A DNA stretch of 50,429 nt from Nemertoderma westbladi. Its lineage: Eukaryota; Animalia; Xenacoelomorpha. Positions 1 through 11,456 of the stretch are shown here, one piece after another. Position numbers and translations under genes: made by a program. The DNA lies in contig JAUCBJ010004019.1 of NCBI GenBank assembly GCA_032718475.1, positions 1 to 50,429 on the forward strand, read 5' to 3'. Below the pieces are notes generated by a model. That model was not told the DNA's origin and did not search any database. It saw only the letters and a program-made list of their open reading frames with translations. Position 1 is the first letter of the stretch, and each line of letters starts with the position of its first letter.

Positions 1-1099
1 GTGAACGAGGGAACGAAACCCGACGACTTACCCGTGTCTCTTGTAGACAAACTAAGTCTTCTGTTGGACTATGTGTGGGGGGAACTGAACACCGGTGTTT
101 GGAGTGAGGTATCGGAGCAGTGGAGATACGTTTATTACTTAACCTCGTTGCTTAAATGCCTCGCGAGACTACAAGAAACCTTGGGTTTATCCGGCGTAGA
201 GGATGCCGTCAGAGACTGCGATATGGGTTTAATTATGGGGGCCCCTTGCCCCGCAGAAGCCGGCGTCCCCGGGGATATACTGAGCACCATGGCGTGGGAT
301 CTTAGTAAGATACTAAGGGAGTCTAAGGAGGAAAACCTTAACGAAAATGACGATTATATTCCAGAAACGAACGACCCAAACTAGATTTGGATTTACAAAG
401 TAACATAAAACGCATTGTAAACCCGAGTGTTTTGTCATTTCGTATCGTCACATGTTGATACATGTACACCTGTTGTGATTGGCGGCTTGGTTGACCAATG
501 GCCGGCTTTTAACTTGTGGAGTGTTTCCTACATGGAAGATATGATTGGTTGTAGAACGGTCCCTATAGAATTAGGCAGTAAATACACCGACGATACCTGG
601 ACTCAAAGGCTGATGACAGTTCGTCAGTTTGTATCAGACTACATCCGTAACCAGGACAACGGGATTGGCTACCTCGCACAACACCAACTATTTAACCAGA
701 TACCCCAACTACTCGGTGACGTCATCATACCCGACTACTGCTATCACCAAGGCGACGACGTGGATGTAAACATCTGGTTCGGTCCGAGCGGCACGGTTTC
801 GCCCCTCCATACAGACCCTAAGAATAACCTGTTTGCTCAGGTTACTGGCAGTAAGTATATCCGTCTGTACGCCCCTTCCCAGACAGCTCTCCTGTACCCA
901 CACAGCTCGGGTATCACCACCAACACCAGTAGGGTAGACCTCAGCAGTCCAGACCACATAGCCTACCCCTCGCTTTAGTAGCGCGGTTTATTCGGAAACT
1001 GTTCTCCTTCCAGGGGAGTTATTGTTCATACCCAGCGGTTATTGGCATTACGTACGTTCTTTATCGACTTGTATTTCTGTAAGCTGTTGGTTTGATTAG
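1..1099 (+). CDS. KDM8: JmjC domain-containing protein 5 (JMJD5/KDM8) homologue; 5'-incomplete; frame interrupted by 3 single-base indels (assembly error or recent pseudogene)
   Basis: N-terminal LDYVWGELNTGVWSEV..WR.VY and CDMGLIMGAP match JMJD5. JmjC core: RTVPIELGSKYTDDTWTQRLMT, GYLAQHQLFNQIPQL, NIWFGPSGTVSPLHTDPKNNLFAQVTGSKY. The C-terminus continues in another frame from ~971 (RFSSAVYSETVLLPGELLFIPSGYWHYVRSLSTCISVSCWFD*, TAG 1097-1099). The linker KLDLDLQSNIKRIVNPSV is in a third frame (378-431). Fe ligands HxD...H are intact. Confidence 0.9.
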
Positions 1100-2018
1100 C
1101 TAGTGTGGTGCGAGCCATTAAGTATGTTAATCTTAAACTGTTGATTACAGGCCAAATTTGCTTTCTCACTCTGTTTATATTATAATAATATTAATAGTGA
1201 TATAATAACTAAACTATATTGTATCTTATTGACTTGTTTTCAATATATTATCAACGGCCGGAATGGGGAGTGATTTACTTTTGTTTACGTTTGTTTATTG
1301 GTATGTCAAAACCATAATTTCGTACTTCAAATTCGGATCTCGAATAACTCGAAAACTAACTGTCAACTTCTATGAGATTTGTTTATACAAACTTGTAGAT
1401 CTTTAAATTACTATCCATCTTAAATTCGTTAGTTTCATTGCTATTATACAACCGGAGAAACGAACCATAGTTTAAAATACCGCTAATAATTAAAAGTATG
1501 TCAAAAAATTATCTTTCAACAATTCGCCGCTCCCTATCTGCCCTACCAGCTTATTCCGTTGAATATAGATGTAAAAGTCAGGAAATTAATTCCAACGACT
1601 TCATTTCTAGGGGCCAAAATTACCCCTTCTCAAAAGATAGAGACAATAATTAGCTATCAGAATATATAAATTTTATGAATTTTATTTTATGAATAATTGC
1701 TAAAGTAATTTTCAAATATGCGCAAATTCTAATTCTAATCAGGGACGTGTAAGGAGAAATTGTTGATTTTTCTGACTAACTTTTTTCAAACGTCTGTAAC
1801 TCCGTCCTTTAGTGGGCCGTTTAACCTGAAACATTTACCAACTGATACAGAATACATAGATCGTAGTATGATACGTGGAAACAGTATTGGACAATATCGC
1901 AGCTGTGCAAAAATAAGTGCAAACGGTGTGAAACAGTGGGCTAGGTCTAGGGGGTTCGACTTTCGCCTTTCCTCCACTGCCTTACATTATGACATTGTTG
2001 TTATCATCTAATCTAATA

Positions 2019-3010
2019 GTCGAGTCAATCTAGCAAAAAACCCATAAGTATTTCGCAATCAATCTGAACCACACATTTTGGATTCTGTATTACCTTATTA
2101 ATGACCAAAAAAAAGTCTATAAAATTTTATTTTGCGGATCATATGTTTATTCATGGAAATTCTGCGCAAATTTGCATAAGACAAGCCAAACAAAAGGAAC
2201 AGTAGGGAAAAATAAGCAGCAAATTGGTATGTTCCAGAATAATTTAATTAATTTCACAATAAGCTGTGATTCAATGGGATATTAGTAATATTTACACTGG
2301 CGTGTTACACATTAATTGCTATATCTTGGAAACTAGAAGTCGCATCCAATTTTTAAATATATCAAAAATTTTACGATATATTAAGGGAACTGTTGTAAAA
2401 AAATCAGACATTTCCACTGCAATGAAATTTCATAATTTCCTTTAATGTTAGTGAAGATTTTTCACATAATTAAATTGTGATTACTCTATTGATTTTAGGT
2501 GTAATTTATTTATTTGTTTTAGTTTGAAAATCACAATAGTTTATCATATAACAAATAAATTTTTTGGGGATAAGGGTTTGAGGTCGATAAATCCGATGGG
2601 TGAGGTTACAGTACATCCACCCGTTTAGTAGAGAAGTTGTGGAAATAAGGTCCTTATATTGTACGAGCAAAATTTGTATTAAAAATGGTTAAATTATTAA
2701 ACAAATTTCCGTTGCTCTGGAAACTAAATTGGTAACTATGTAGAAGTGCATTCTTCTGTCAATCAATAGTCATTGGAGTAAAGTTTTTCTGTACCAAATT
2801 TGGAGAAAATCCCACCACTAGACCCCTTGTTGCTATGTAAAATCCATGTTGCTAAGGAAAGAAACAGCAAATTGAAAGTGATCCGCATAATATATTTTTA
2901 TAGACTTTTTTGGTGGTATTAACAAGGTAATGTAGAATAAAAAAAATTGGTTTGGGTGAATTGCGAATTTGTTATGGGTTGACCCCCTTTTTCGGCTAGA
3001 TTGACTCGCC
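2019..3010. mobile_element. Non-autonomous DNA transposon (MITE) with TA target duplication, Tc1/mariner-like
   Basis: Termini GTCGAGTCAATCTAGC (2019) and GCTAGATTGACTCGCC (ends 3010) are inverted repeats with 1 mismatch. Imperfect inverted similarity extends ~130 bp (e.g. aaaaagtctataaaa...gcggatca vs tgatccgc...ttttatagacttttt). TA on both sides (2017-2018, 3011-3012). Confidence 0.8.
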
Positions 3011-3083
3011 TATAATGTAATATTAGGGTGGCTTAGGGCTTACCCTCGGCTTAGTTGGTAGATTTCTTTCCCGCAAACTCGCT

Positions 3084-3357
3084 CCCATGTGAAGAATACC
3101 AGGATTTCACTTTTCGGTCGAATTTTTATTGGAATTTTATATATGAAATTTTTTTATTTTTTTAAATTTATCTTTATTAAGAATTTTATAGCGCTTATAT
3201 CTGTCTTATAACCTGTACATATACTAATTCGTTTATTGTTTTGGTTAGATTCATCCCTTCTGTAACCTGTGTTTTTTGTGAAAACCTCGTATTCTTCGCA
3301 TGGGGGTAACTGCAAAGTGAATTATAACGGCAGAAAGTCTGGTATTCTTCACATGGG
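3084..3357. mobile_element. 274-bp MITE-like element with 19-bp perfect TIRs
   Basis: CCCATGTGAAGAATACCAG (3084-3102) and CTGGTATTCTTCACATGGG (3339-3357), with a partial internal copy at ~3289-3304. No clear TSD, so the superfamily is unassigned. Confidence 0.7.
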
Positions 3358-3413
3358 CCTAAACTCTTAATACTAAAGTAGATATTTATTTAATACTAAA
3401 ATTATATATCATG

Positions 3414-3450
3414 CAAGGACAACTCTGCTATTGTAGTAGAGTTGTCCTTG
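3414..3450. mobile_element. 37-bp palindromic mini-element with 8-bp TSD (P- or hAT-like)
   Basis: CAAGGACAACTCT-gctattgtagt-AGAGTTGTCCTTG (13-bp perfect IR), flanked on both sides by ATATCATG (3406-3413, 3451-3458). Confidence 0.7.
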
Positions 3451-3972
3451 ATATCATGTTAAAAGTCAGATTCCATACAAACTTCAAAAAAAAAATACAC
3501 CTGGACATTGCCGGGCATCAGAAACACATTCTCGTTTCCTGATTGGCTAAGTTATTTGGCAGGAAATTCAATTCATCCATCAAAGTGTAATATTAAGGAA
3601 ACGCCCTGATCTCAATTCATTATTTAAGCATTATCTTGTATAAAGAAGTTATTGAGGTACCGGTAGCTAGACTTACAATAATTCATTACAATGATGTTTT
3701 AGCTTTAAGGGAATTAATTAATTCATATATTTATAGTAATTTTGTCCATTTAGTATAGTCTTAGTTTTATATTGTAGGAGTTTCTTGTTTTCAAAGAGGA
3801 ATTTAATGCGGTACAGGTACCGGTACGGTACCGAGTCAGGGCCGCACGCTCCACGTTAACACAACGGTATCAAGTTTTCTTTTATTGTTAAACTATTTGT
3901 TTTTCATAAAAGTTTTGTATACGCTGTCATTTCATAACACCGTATTCTTAATTTATTTGTTAAAACTTAATA

Positions 3973-4129
3973 ATGAAAGCGTTGCAATTCAGAGACGCGG
4001 TTTCGTTAGTTTCTCTCGCACAGCCGACGCCAAAGAGGGGCGAAGCTTTAATTAAAATAATCCGATCGGGAGTATGTAACACTGATCTCGAAGTAGCTAA
4101 GGGATATATGGGTTTCAGTGGAGTTCTTG
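3973..4129 (+). CDS. Zinc-dependent medium-chain dehydrogenase/reductase (alcohol/threonine dehydrogenase-like), exon 1
   Basis: MKALQF...PTPKRGEALIKIIRSGVCNTDLEVAKGYMGFSGVLG, containing the catalytic Zn Cys. Ends at a phase-1 donor G|GTGAGT (4130). Confidence 0.92.
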
Positions 4130-4225
4130 GTGAGTTTGCATTAACTGTAGTATATGGCCAACTGCGGTACATTTAAGTATGTATTGTTATTACTCACTAG
4201 AGAGAGACCGGTAAAGCATGGAGAA

Positions 4226-7200
4226 AGAAACAGGACTCCATCCATAATCTCATCCTCACAGAAACAGGACTCTATCCATAATCTCATCCTTACAGAAACA
4301 GGACTCTATCCATAATCTCATCCTCACAGAAACAGGACTCTATCCATAATCTCATCCTTACAGAAACAGGACTCTATCCATAATCTCATCCTTACAGACA
4401 AACATGACTCTATCCATAATCTCATCCTTACAGAAACAGGACTCCATCCATAATCTCATCCTTACAGAAACAGGACTCTATCCATAATCTCATCCTTAGA
4501 GACAAACAGGACTCTATCCATAATCTCATCCTTACAGAAACAGGACTCCATCCATAATCTCATCCTTACAGAAACAGGACTCCATCCATAATCTCATCCT
4601 TACAGAAACAGGACTCTATCCATAATCTCATCCTTAGAGACAAACAGAACTCTATCCATAATCTCATCCTTACAGAAACAGGACTCTATCCATAATCTCA
4701 TCCTTACAGACAAACAGGACTCTATCCATAATCTCATCCTTACAGAAACAGGACTCTATCGATAATCTCATCCTTACAGAAACAGGACTCTATCCATAAT
4801 CTCATCCTTACAGAAACAGAACTCTATCCATAATCTCATCCTTACAGAAACAGGACTCTATCCATAATCTCATCCTTACAGACAAACAGGACTCTATCCA
4901 TAATCTCATCCTTACAGAAACAGGACTCTATCCATAATCTCATCCTTACAGAAACAGGACTCTATCCATAATCTCATCCTTACAGAAACAGGACTCCATC
5001 CATAATCTCATCCTTACAGAAACAGGACTCTATCCATAATCTCATCCTTACAGAAACAGAACTCTATCCATAATCTCATCCTTACAGAAACAGGACTCTA
5101 TCCATAATCTCATCCTTACAGACAAACAGGACTCTATCCATAATCTCATCCTTACAGAAACAGGACTCTATCCATAATCTCATCCTTACAGAAACAGGAC
5201 TCTATCCATAATCTCATCCTTACAGAAACAGGACTCCATCCATAATCTCATCCTTACAGAAACAGAACTCTATCCATAATCTCATCCTTACAGAAACAGG
5301 ACTCTATCCATAATCTCATCCTTACAGACAAACAGGACTCTATCCATAATCTCATCCTTACAGAAACAGGACTCTATCCATAATCTCATCCTTACAGAAA
5401 CATGACTCTATCCATAATCTCATCCTTACAGAAACAGGACTCCATCCATAATCTCATCCTTACAGAAACAGGACTCTATCCATAATCTCATCCTTAGAGA
5501 CAAACAGGACTCTATCCATAATCTCATCCTTACAGAAACAGGACTCTATCCATAATCTCATCCTTACAGAAACAGAACTCTATCCATAATCTCATCCTTA
5601 CAGAAACAGGACTCTATCCATAATCTCATCCTTACAGACAAACAGGACTCTATCCATAATCTCATCCTTACAGAAACAGGACTCTATCGATAATCTCATC
5701 CTTACAGACAAACAGGACTCTATCCATAATCTCATTCTTACAGAAACAGGACTCTATCCATAATCTCATCCTTACAGTTTACAGATACAGGACTCTATCC
5801 ATAATCTCATCCTTACAGAAACAGGACTCTATCGATAATCTCATCCTTACAGAAACAGGACTCTATCCATAATCTCATCCTTACAGAAACAGGACTCTAT
5901 CCATAATCTCATCCTTACAGAAACAGAACTCTATCCATAATCTCATCCTTACAGACAAACATGACTCTATCCATAATCTCATCCTTACAGAAACAGAACT
6001 CTATCCATAATCTCATCCTTAGAGACAAACAGGACTCTATCCATAATCTCATCCTTACAGAAACAGGACTCTATCCATAATCTCATCCTTACAGAAACAG
6101 AACTCTATCCATAATCTCATCCTTACAGAAACAGGACTCTATCCATAATCTCATCCTTACAGACAAACAGGACTCTATCCATAATCTCATCCTTACAGAA
6201 ACAGGACTCTATCGATAATCTCATCCTTACAGAAACAGGACTCTATCCATAATCTCATCCTTACAGAAACAGGACTCTATCCATAATCTCATCCTTACAG
6301 ACAAACAGGACTCTATCCATAATCTCATCCTTACAGAAACAGGACTCTATCGATAATCTCATCCTTACAGAAACAGGACTCTATCCATAATCTCATCCTT
6401 ACAGAAACAGAACTCTATCCATAATCTCATCCTTACAGAAACAGGACTCTATCCATAATCTCATCCTTACAGACAAACAGGACTCTATCCATAATCTCAT
6501 CCTTACAGAAACAGGACTCTATCGATAATCTCATCCTTACAGAAACAGGACTCTATCCATAATCTCATCCTTACAGAAACAGGACTCTATCCATAATCTC
6601 ATCCTTACAGAAACAGGACTCTATCCATAATCTCATCCTTACAGAAACAGGACTCTATCCATAATCTCATCCTTACAGAAACAGGACTCTATCCATAATC
6701 TCATCCTTACAGAAACAGGACTCTATCCATAATCTCATCCTTACAGAAACAGGACTCTATCCATAATCTCATCCTTACAGAAACAGGACTCTATCCATAA
6801 TCTCATCCTTACAGAAACAGGACTCTATCCATAATCTCATCCTTACAGAAACAGGACTCCATCCATAATCTCATCCTTACAGAAACAGGACTCTACCCAT
6901 AATCTCATCCTTACAGAAACAGGACTCTATCCATAATCTCATCCTTACAGACAAACAGGACTCTATCCATAATCTCATCCTTTCAGAAACAGGACTCTAT
7001 CGATAATCTCATCCTTACAGAAACAGGACTCTATCCATAATCTCATCCTTACAGAAACAGGACTCTATCCATAATCTCATCCTTACAGAAACAGGACTCT
7101 ATCCATAATCTCATCCTTACAGAAACAGGACTCTATCCATAATCTCATCCTTACAGAAACAGGACTCTATCCATAATCTCATCCTTACAGAAACAGGACT

Positions 7201-10200
7201 CTATCCATAATCTCATCCTTACAGAAACAGGACTCTATCCATAATCTCATCCTTACAGAAACAGAACTCTATCCATAATCTCATCCTTACAGAAACAGGA
7301 CTCTATCCATAATCTCATCCTTACAGACAAACAGGACTCTATCCATAATCTCATCCTTACAGAAACAGGACTCTATCGATAATCTCATCCCTACAGAAAC
7401 AGGACTCTATCCATAATCTCATCCTTACAGAAACAGGACTCTATCCATAATCTCATCCTTACAGAAACAGGACTCTATCCATAATCTCATCCTTACAGAA
7501 ACAGGACTCTATCCATAATCTCATCCTTACAGAAACAGGACTCTATCCATAATCTCATCCTTACAGAAACAGGACTCTATCCATAATCTCATCCTTACAG
7601 AAACAGGACTCTATCCATAATCTCATCCTTACAGAAACAGGACTCTATCCATAATCTCATCCTTACAGAAACAGGACTCTATCCATAATCTCATCCTTAC
7701 AGAAACAGGACTCTATCCATAATCTCATCCTTACAGAAACAGGACTCTATCCATAATCTCATCCTTACAGAAACAGGACTCTATCCATAATCTCATCCTT
7801 ACAGAAACAGGACTCTATCCATAATCTCATCCTTACAGAAACAGGACTCTATCCATAATCTCATCCTTACAGAAACAGGACTCTATCCATAATCTCATCC
7901 TTACAGAAACAGGACTCTATCCATAATCTCATCCTTACAGAAACAGGACTCTATCCATAATCTCATCCTTACAGAAACAGGACTCTATCCATAATCTCAT
8001 CCTTACAGAAACAGGACTCTATCCATAATCTCATCCTTACAGAAACAGGACTCTATCCATAATCTCATCCTTACAGAAACAGGACTCTATCCATAATCTC
8101 ATCCTTACAGAAACAGGACTCTATCCATAATCTCATCCTTACAGAAACAGGACTCTATCCATAATCTCATCCTTACAGAAACAGGACTCTATCCATAATC
8201 TCATCCTTACAGAAACAGGACTCTATCCATAATCTCATCCTTACAGAAACAGGACTCTATCCATAATCTCATCCTTACAGAAACAGGACTCTATCCATAA
8301 TCTCATCCTTACAGAAACAGGACTCTATCCATAATCTCATCCTTACAGAAACAGGACTCTATCCATAATCTCATCCTTACAGAAACAGGACTCTATCCAT
8401 AATCTCATCCTTACAGAAACAGGACTCTATCCATAATCTCATCCTTACAGAAACAGGACTCTATCCATAATCTCATCCTTACAGAAACAGGACTCTATCC
8501 ATAATCTCATCCTTACAGAAACAGGACTCTATCCATAATCTCATCCTTACAGAAACAGGACTCCATCCATAATCTCATCCTTACAGAAACAGGACTCTAT
8601 CCATAATCTCATCCTTACAGAAACAGGACTCTATCCATAATCTCATCCTTACAGAAACAGGACTCTATCCATAATCTCATCCTTACAGAAACAGGACTCT
8701 ATCCATAATCTCATCCTTACAGAAACAGGACTCTATCCATAATCTCATCCTTACAGAAACAGGACTCTATCCATAATCTCATCCTTACAGAAACAGGACT
8801 CTATCCATAATCTCATCCTTACAGAAACAGAACTCTATCCATAATCTCATCCTTACAGAAACAGGACTCTATCCATAATCTCATCCTTACAGACAAACAG
8901 GACTCTATCCATAATCTCATCCTTACAGAAACAGGACTCTATCGATAATCTCATCCTTACAGAAACAGGACTCTATCCATAATCTCATCCTTACAGAAAC
9001 AGGACTCTATCCATAATCTCATCCTTACAGAAACAGGACTCTATCCATAATCTCATCCTTACAGAAACAGGACTCTATCCATAATCTCATCCTTACAGAA
9101 ACAGGACTCTATCCATAATCTCATCCTTACAGAAACAGGACTCTATCCATAATCTCATCCTTACAGAAACAGGACTCTATCCATAATCTCATCCTTACAG
9201 AAACAGGACTCTATCCATAATCTCATCCTTACAGAAACAGGACTCTATCCATAATCTCATCCTTACAGAAACAGGACTCTATCCATAATCTCATCCTTAC
9301 AGAAACAGGACTCTATCCATAATCTCATCCTTACAGAAACAGGACTCTATCCATAATCTCATCCTTACAGAAACAGAACTCTATCCATAATCTCATCCTT
9401 ACAGAAACAGGACTCTATCCATAATCTCATCCTTACAGACAAACAGGACTCTATCCATAATCTCATCCTTACAGAAACAGGACTCTATCGATAATCTCAT
9501 CCTTACAGAAACAGGACTCTATCCATAATCTCATCCTTACAGAAACAGGACTCTATCCATAATCTCATCCTTACAGAAACAGGACTCTATCCATAATCTC
9601 ATCCTTACAGAAACAGGACTCTATCCATAATCTCATCCTTACAGAAACAGGACTCTATCCATAATCTCATCCTTACAGAAACAGGACTCTATCCATAATC
9701 TCATCCTTACAGAAACAGGACTCTATCCATAATCTCATCCTTACAGAAACAGGACTCTATCCATAATCTCATCCTTACAGAAACAGGACTCTATCCATAA
9801 TCTCATCCTTACAGAAACAGGACTCTATCCATAATCTCATCCTTACAGAAACAGGACTCTATCCATAATCTCATCCTTACAGAAACAGGACTCTATCCAT
9901 AATCTCATCCTTACAGAAACAGGACTCTATCCATAATCTCATCCTTACAGAAACAGGACTCTATCCATAATCTCATCCTTACAGAAACAGAACTCTATCC
10001 ATAATCTCATCCTTACAGAAACAGGACTCTATCCATAATCTCATCCTTACAGACAAACAGGACTCTATCCATAATCTCATCCTTACAGAAACAGGACTCT
10101 ATCGATAATCTCATCCTTACAGAAACAGGACTCTATCCATAATCTCATCCTTACAGAAACAGGACTCTATCCATAATCTCATCCTTACAGAAACAGGACT

Positions 10201-10739
10201 CTATCCATAATCTCATCCTTCAGAAACAGGACTCTATCCATAATCTCATCCTTACAGAAACAGGGCTCTATCCATAATCTCATCCTTACAGAAACAGGAC
10301 TCTATCCATAATCTCATCCTTACAGAAACAGGACTCTATCCATAATCTCATCCTTACAGAAACAGGACTCTATCCATAATCTCATCCTTACAGAAACAGG
10401 ACTCTATCCATAATCTCATCCTTACAGAAACAGGACTCCATCCATAATCTCATCCTTACAGAAACAGGACTCTATCCATAATCTCATCCTTACAGAAACA
10501 GGACTCTATCCATAATCTCATCCTTACAGAAACAGGACTCTATCCATAATCTCATCCTTACAGAAACAGGACTCTATCCATAATCTCATCCTTACAGAAA
10601 CAGGAACAGGACTCTATCCATAATCTCATCCTTACAGAAACAGGACTCCATCCATAATCTCATCCTTACAGAAACAGGACTCTATCCATAATCTCATCCT
10701 TACAGAAACAGAAACAGGACTCTATCCATAATCTTATCC
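4226..10739. repeat. Intronic satellite, 34-bp unit AGAAACAGGACTCTATCCATAATCTCATCCTTAC, ~190 copies
   Basis: Direct tandem repetition with variants (36-bp AGACAAAC, AGAAC, ATCGAT, CTCCAT). Variants are concentrated in the 5' part; 7400-8800 is nearly homogeneous. Confidence 0.99.
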
Positions 10740-11199
10740 AAACCCAACAAAATACATAATATAATATAGTACTTACAACCTTTCCCAAGATCATGTGTCA
10801 GGAATTTCCTGTTTTACAAATTTTCTTCACGATTGTCAAATCTTAAAACAATAGTAACAAACCTTCATTTAGATATTTTAATATTTAGTAAACACCCGGG
10901 TGTTTTTGGGGAGGGCGTTTAAGTTGCTAATTGGAGGTAGGGCGTGTCTAATCGAGGGAGTGTGTTTATTTAGTTGACGCGTATAATTTTCAATTTCTGT
11001 TTAATACTACAACATGCTCATATAGAGCCATTATTGATAAATAAATATTACATAATCATAAAGTAAATATATATGAAGGAAATACTGTTACAGAGAATAT
11101 AAGACCGGTGAACCCAGTGTCTCCAGTATGGATATGCACATATTGTAAAATATAAAGTAATGTACATTGAATACAGGAAATATAAAACAGTGAACATAT

Positions 11200-11400
11200 G
11201 AAAAAAAAAAGTTACCCGAAACAATCTGCCTTGCTCGATCATTAGGGAGTGAGATGATGTGCAAGCGACCGACAGAGTCGGGGGGTACCTGTGTAGAACA
11301 TTCAGGTAGGATTCCTCCTGGTACAAATACTTAACGTAGAGCAGCGATTTGGGAGAAGACCTCACTAGTGACTTATACGCTATACAACACCTTTAAGAGA
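11200..11400. other. GC-richer multi-hairpin segment in the intron; possible SINE/LINE 3' remnant or small RNA
   Basis: Stems CTTGC..GCAAG, CCGAC-aga-GTCGG and TACCTG..CAGGTA, palindrome TCACTAGTGA, and GTAGAGC..GCTATAC (loosely like L2-derived tails). Bounded by an A-run at ~11200-11210. Confidence 0.3.
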
Positions 11401-11456
11401 GCACCTACTTGATGTTTCTGTTGTTTTTATTATAATGTTATTATCCTTCCCTATAG

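Larger units (their letters stand above)
4130..11456 (+). other. GT-AG spliceosomal intron (7327 bp) of the MDR gene
   Basis: Donor GTGAGT at 4130 and acceptor ttatccttccctatAG at 11456. Splicing restores the MDR signature GVLG|HEFVG in frame. Confidence 0.9.

Noticed and set aside
305-384. 80-bp intron GTAAGA...CTAG explaining the first JMJD5 frameshift
   Set aside because: Frame-compatible, but it lacks a pyrimidine tract, removes plausible coding sequence and does not explain the other two shifts. Not fully excluded.
382-420. Stop-codon reassignment or readthrough joining ORFs 1-384 and 427-978
   Set aside because: The in-frame segment has TAG, TAA and TAA and no JMJD5 similarity, whereas the shifted frame does. 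Other genes here end in TAA/TAG normally.
1925-1975. tRNA or tRNA-derived SINE (GGTTCGACT B box)
   Set aside because: No cloverleaf or convincing A box.
10885-10985. Mariner-type MITE remnant (AAACACCCGGGTGTTT, GGGCGTTTA motifs)
   Set aside because: No paired termini or TSD identifiable.
11211-11390. U6atac, U3 or hammerhead ribozyme
   Set aside because: Minus-strand GTGTTGTAT resembles the U6atac start but AAGGAGAGAAGGTTAGC is absent; no U3 boxes; GAAA is present without CTGANGA on the same strand.
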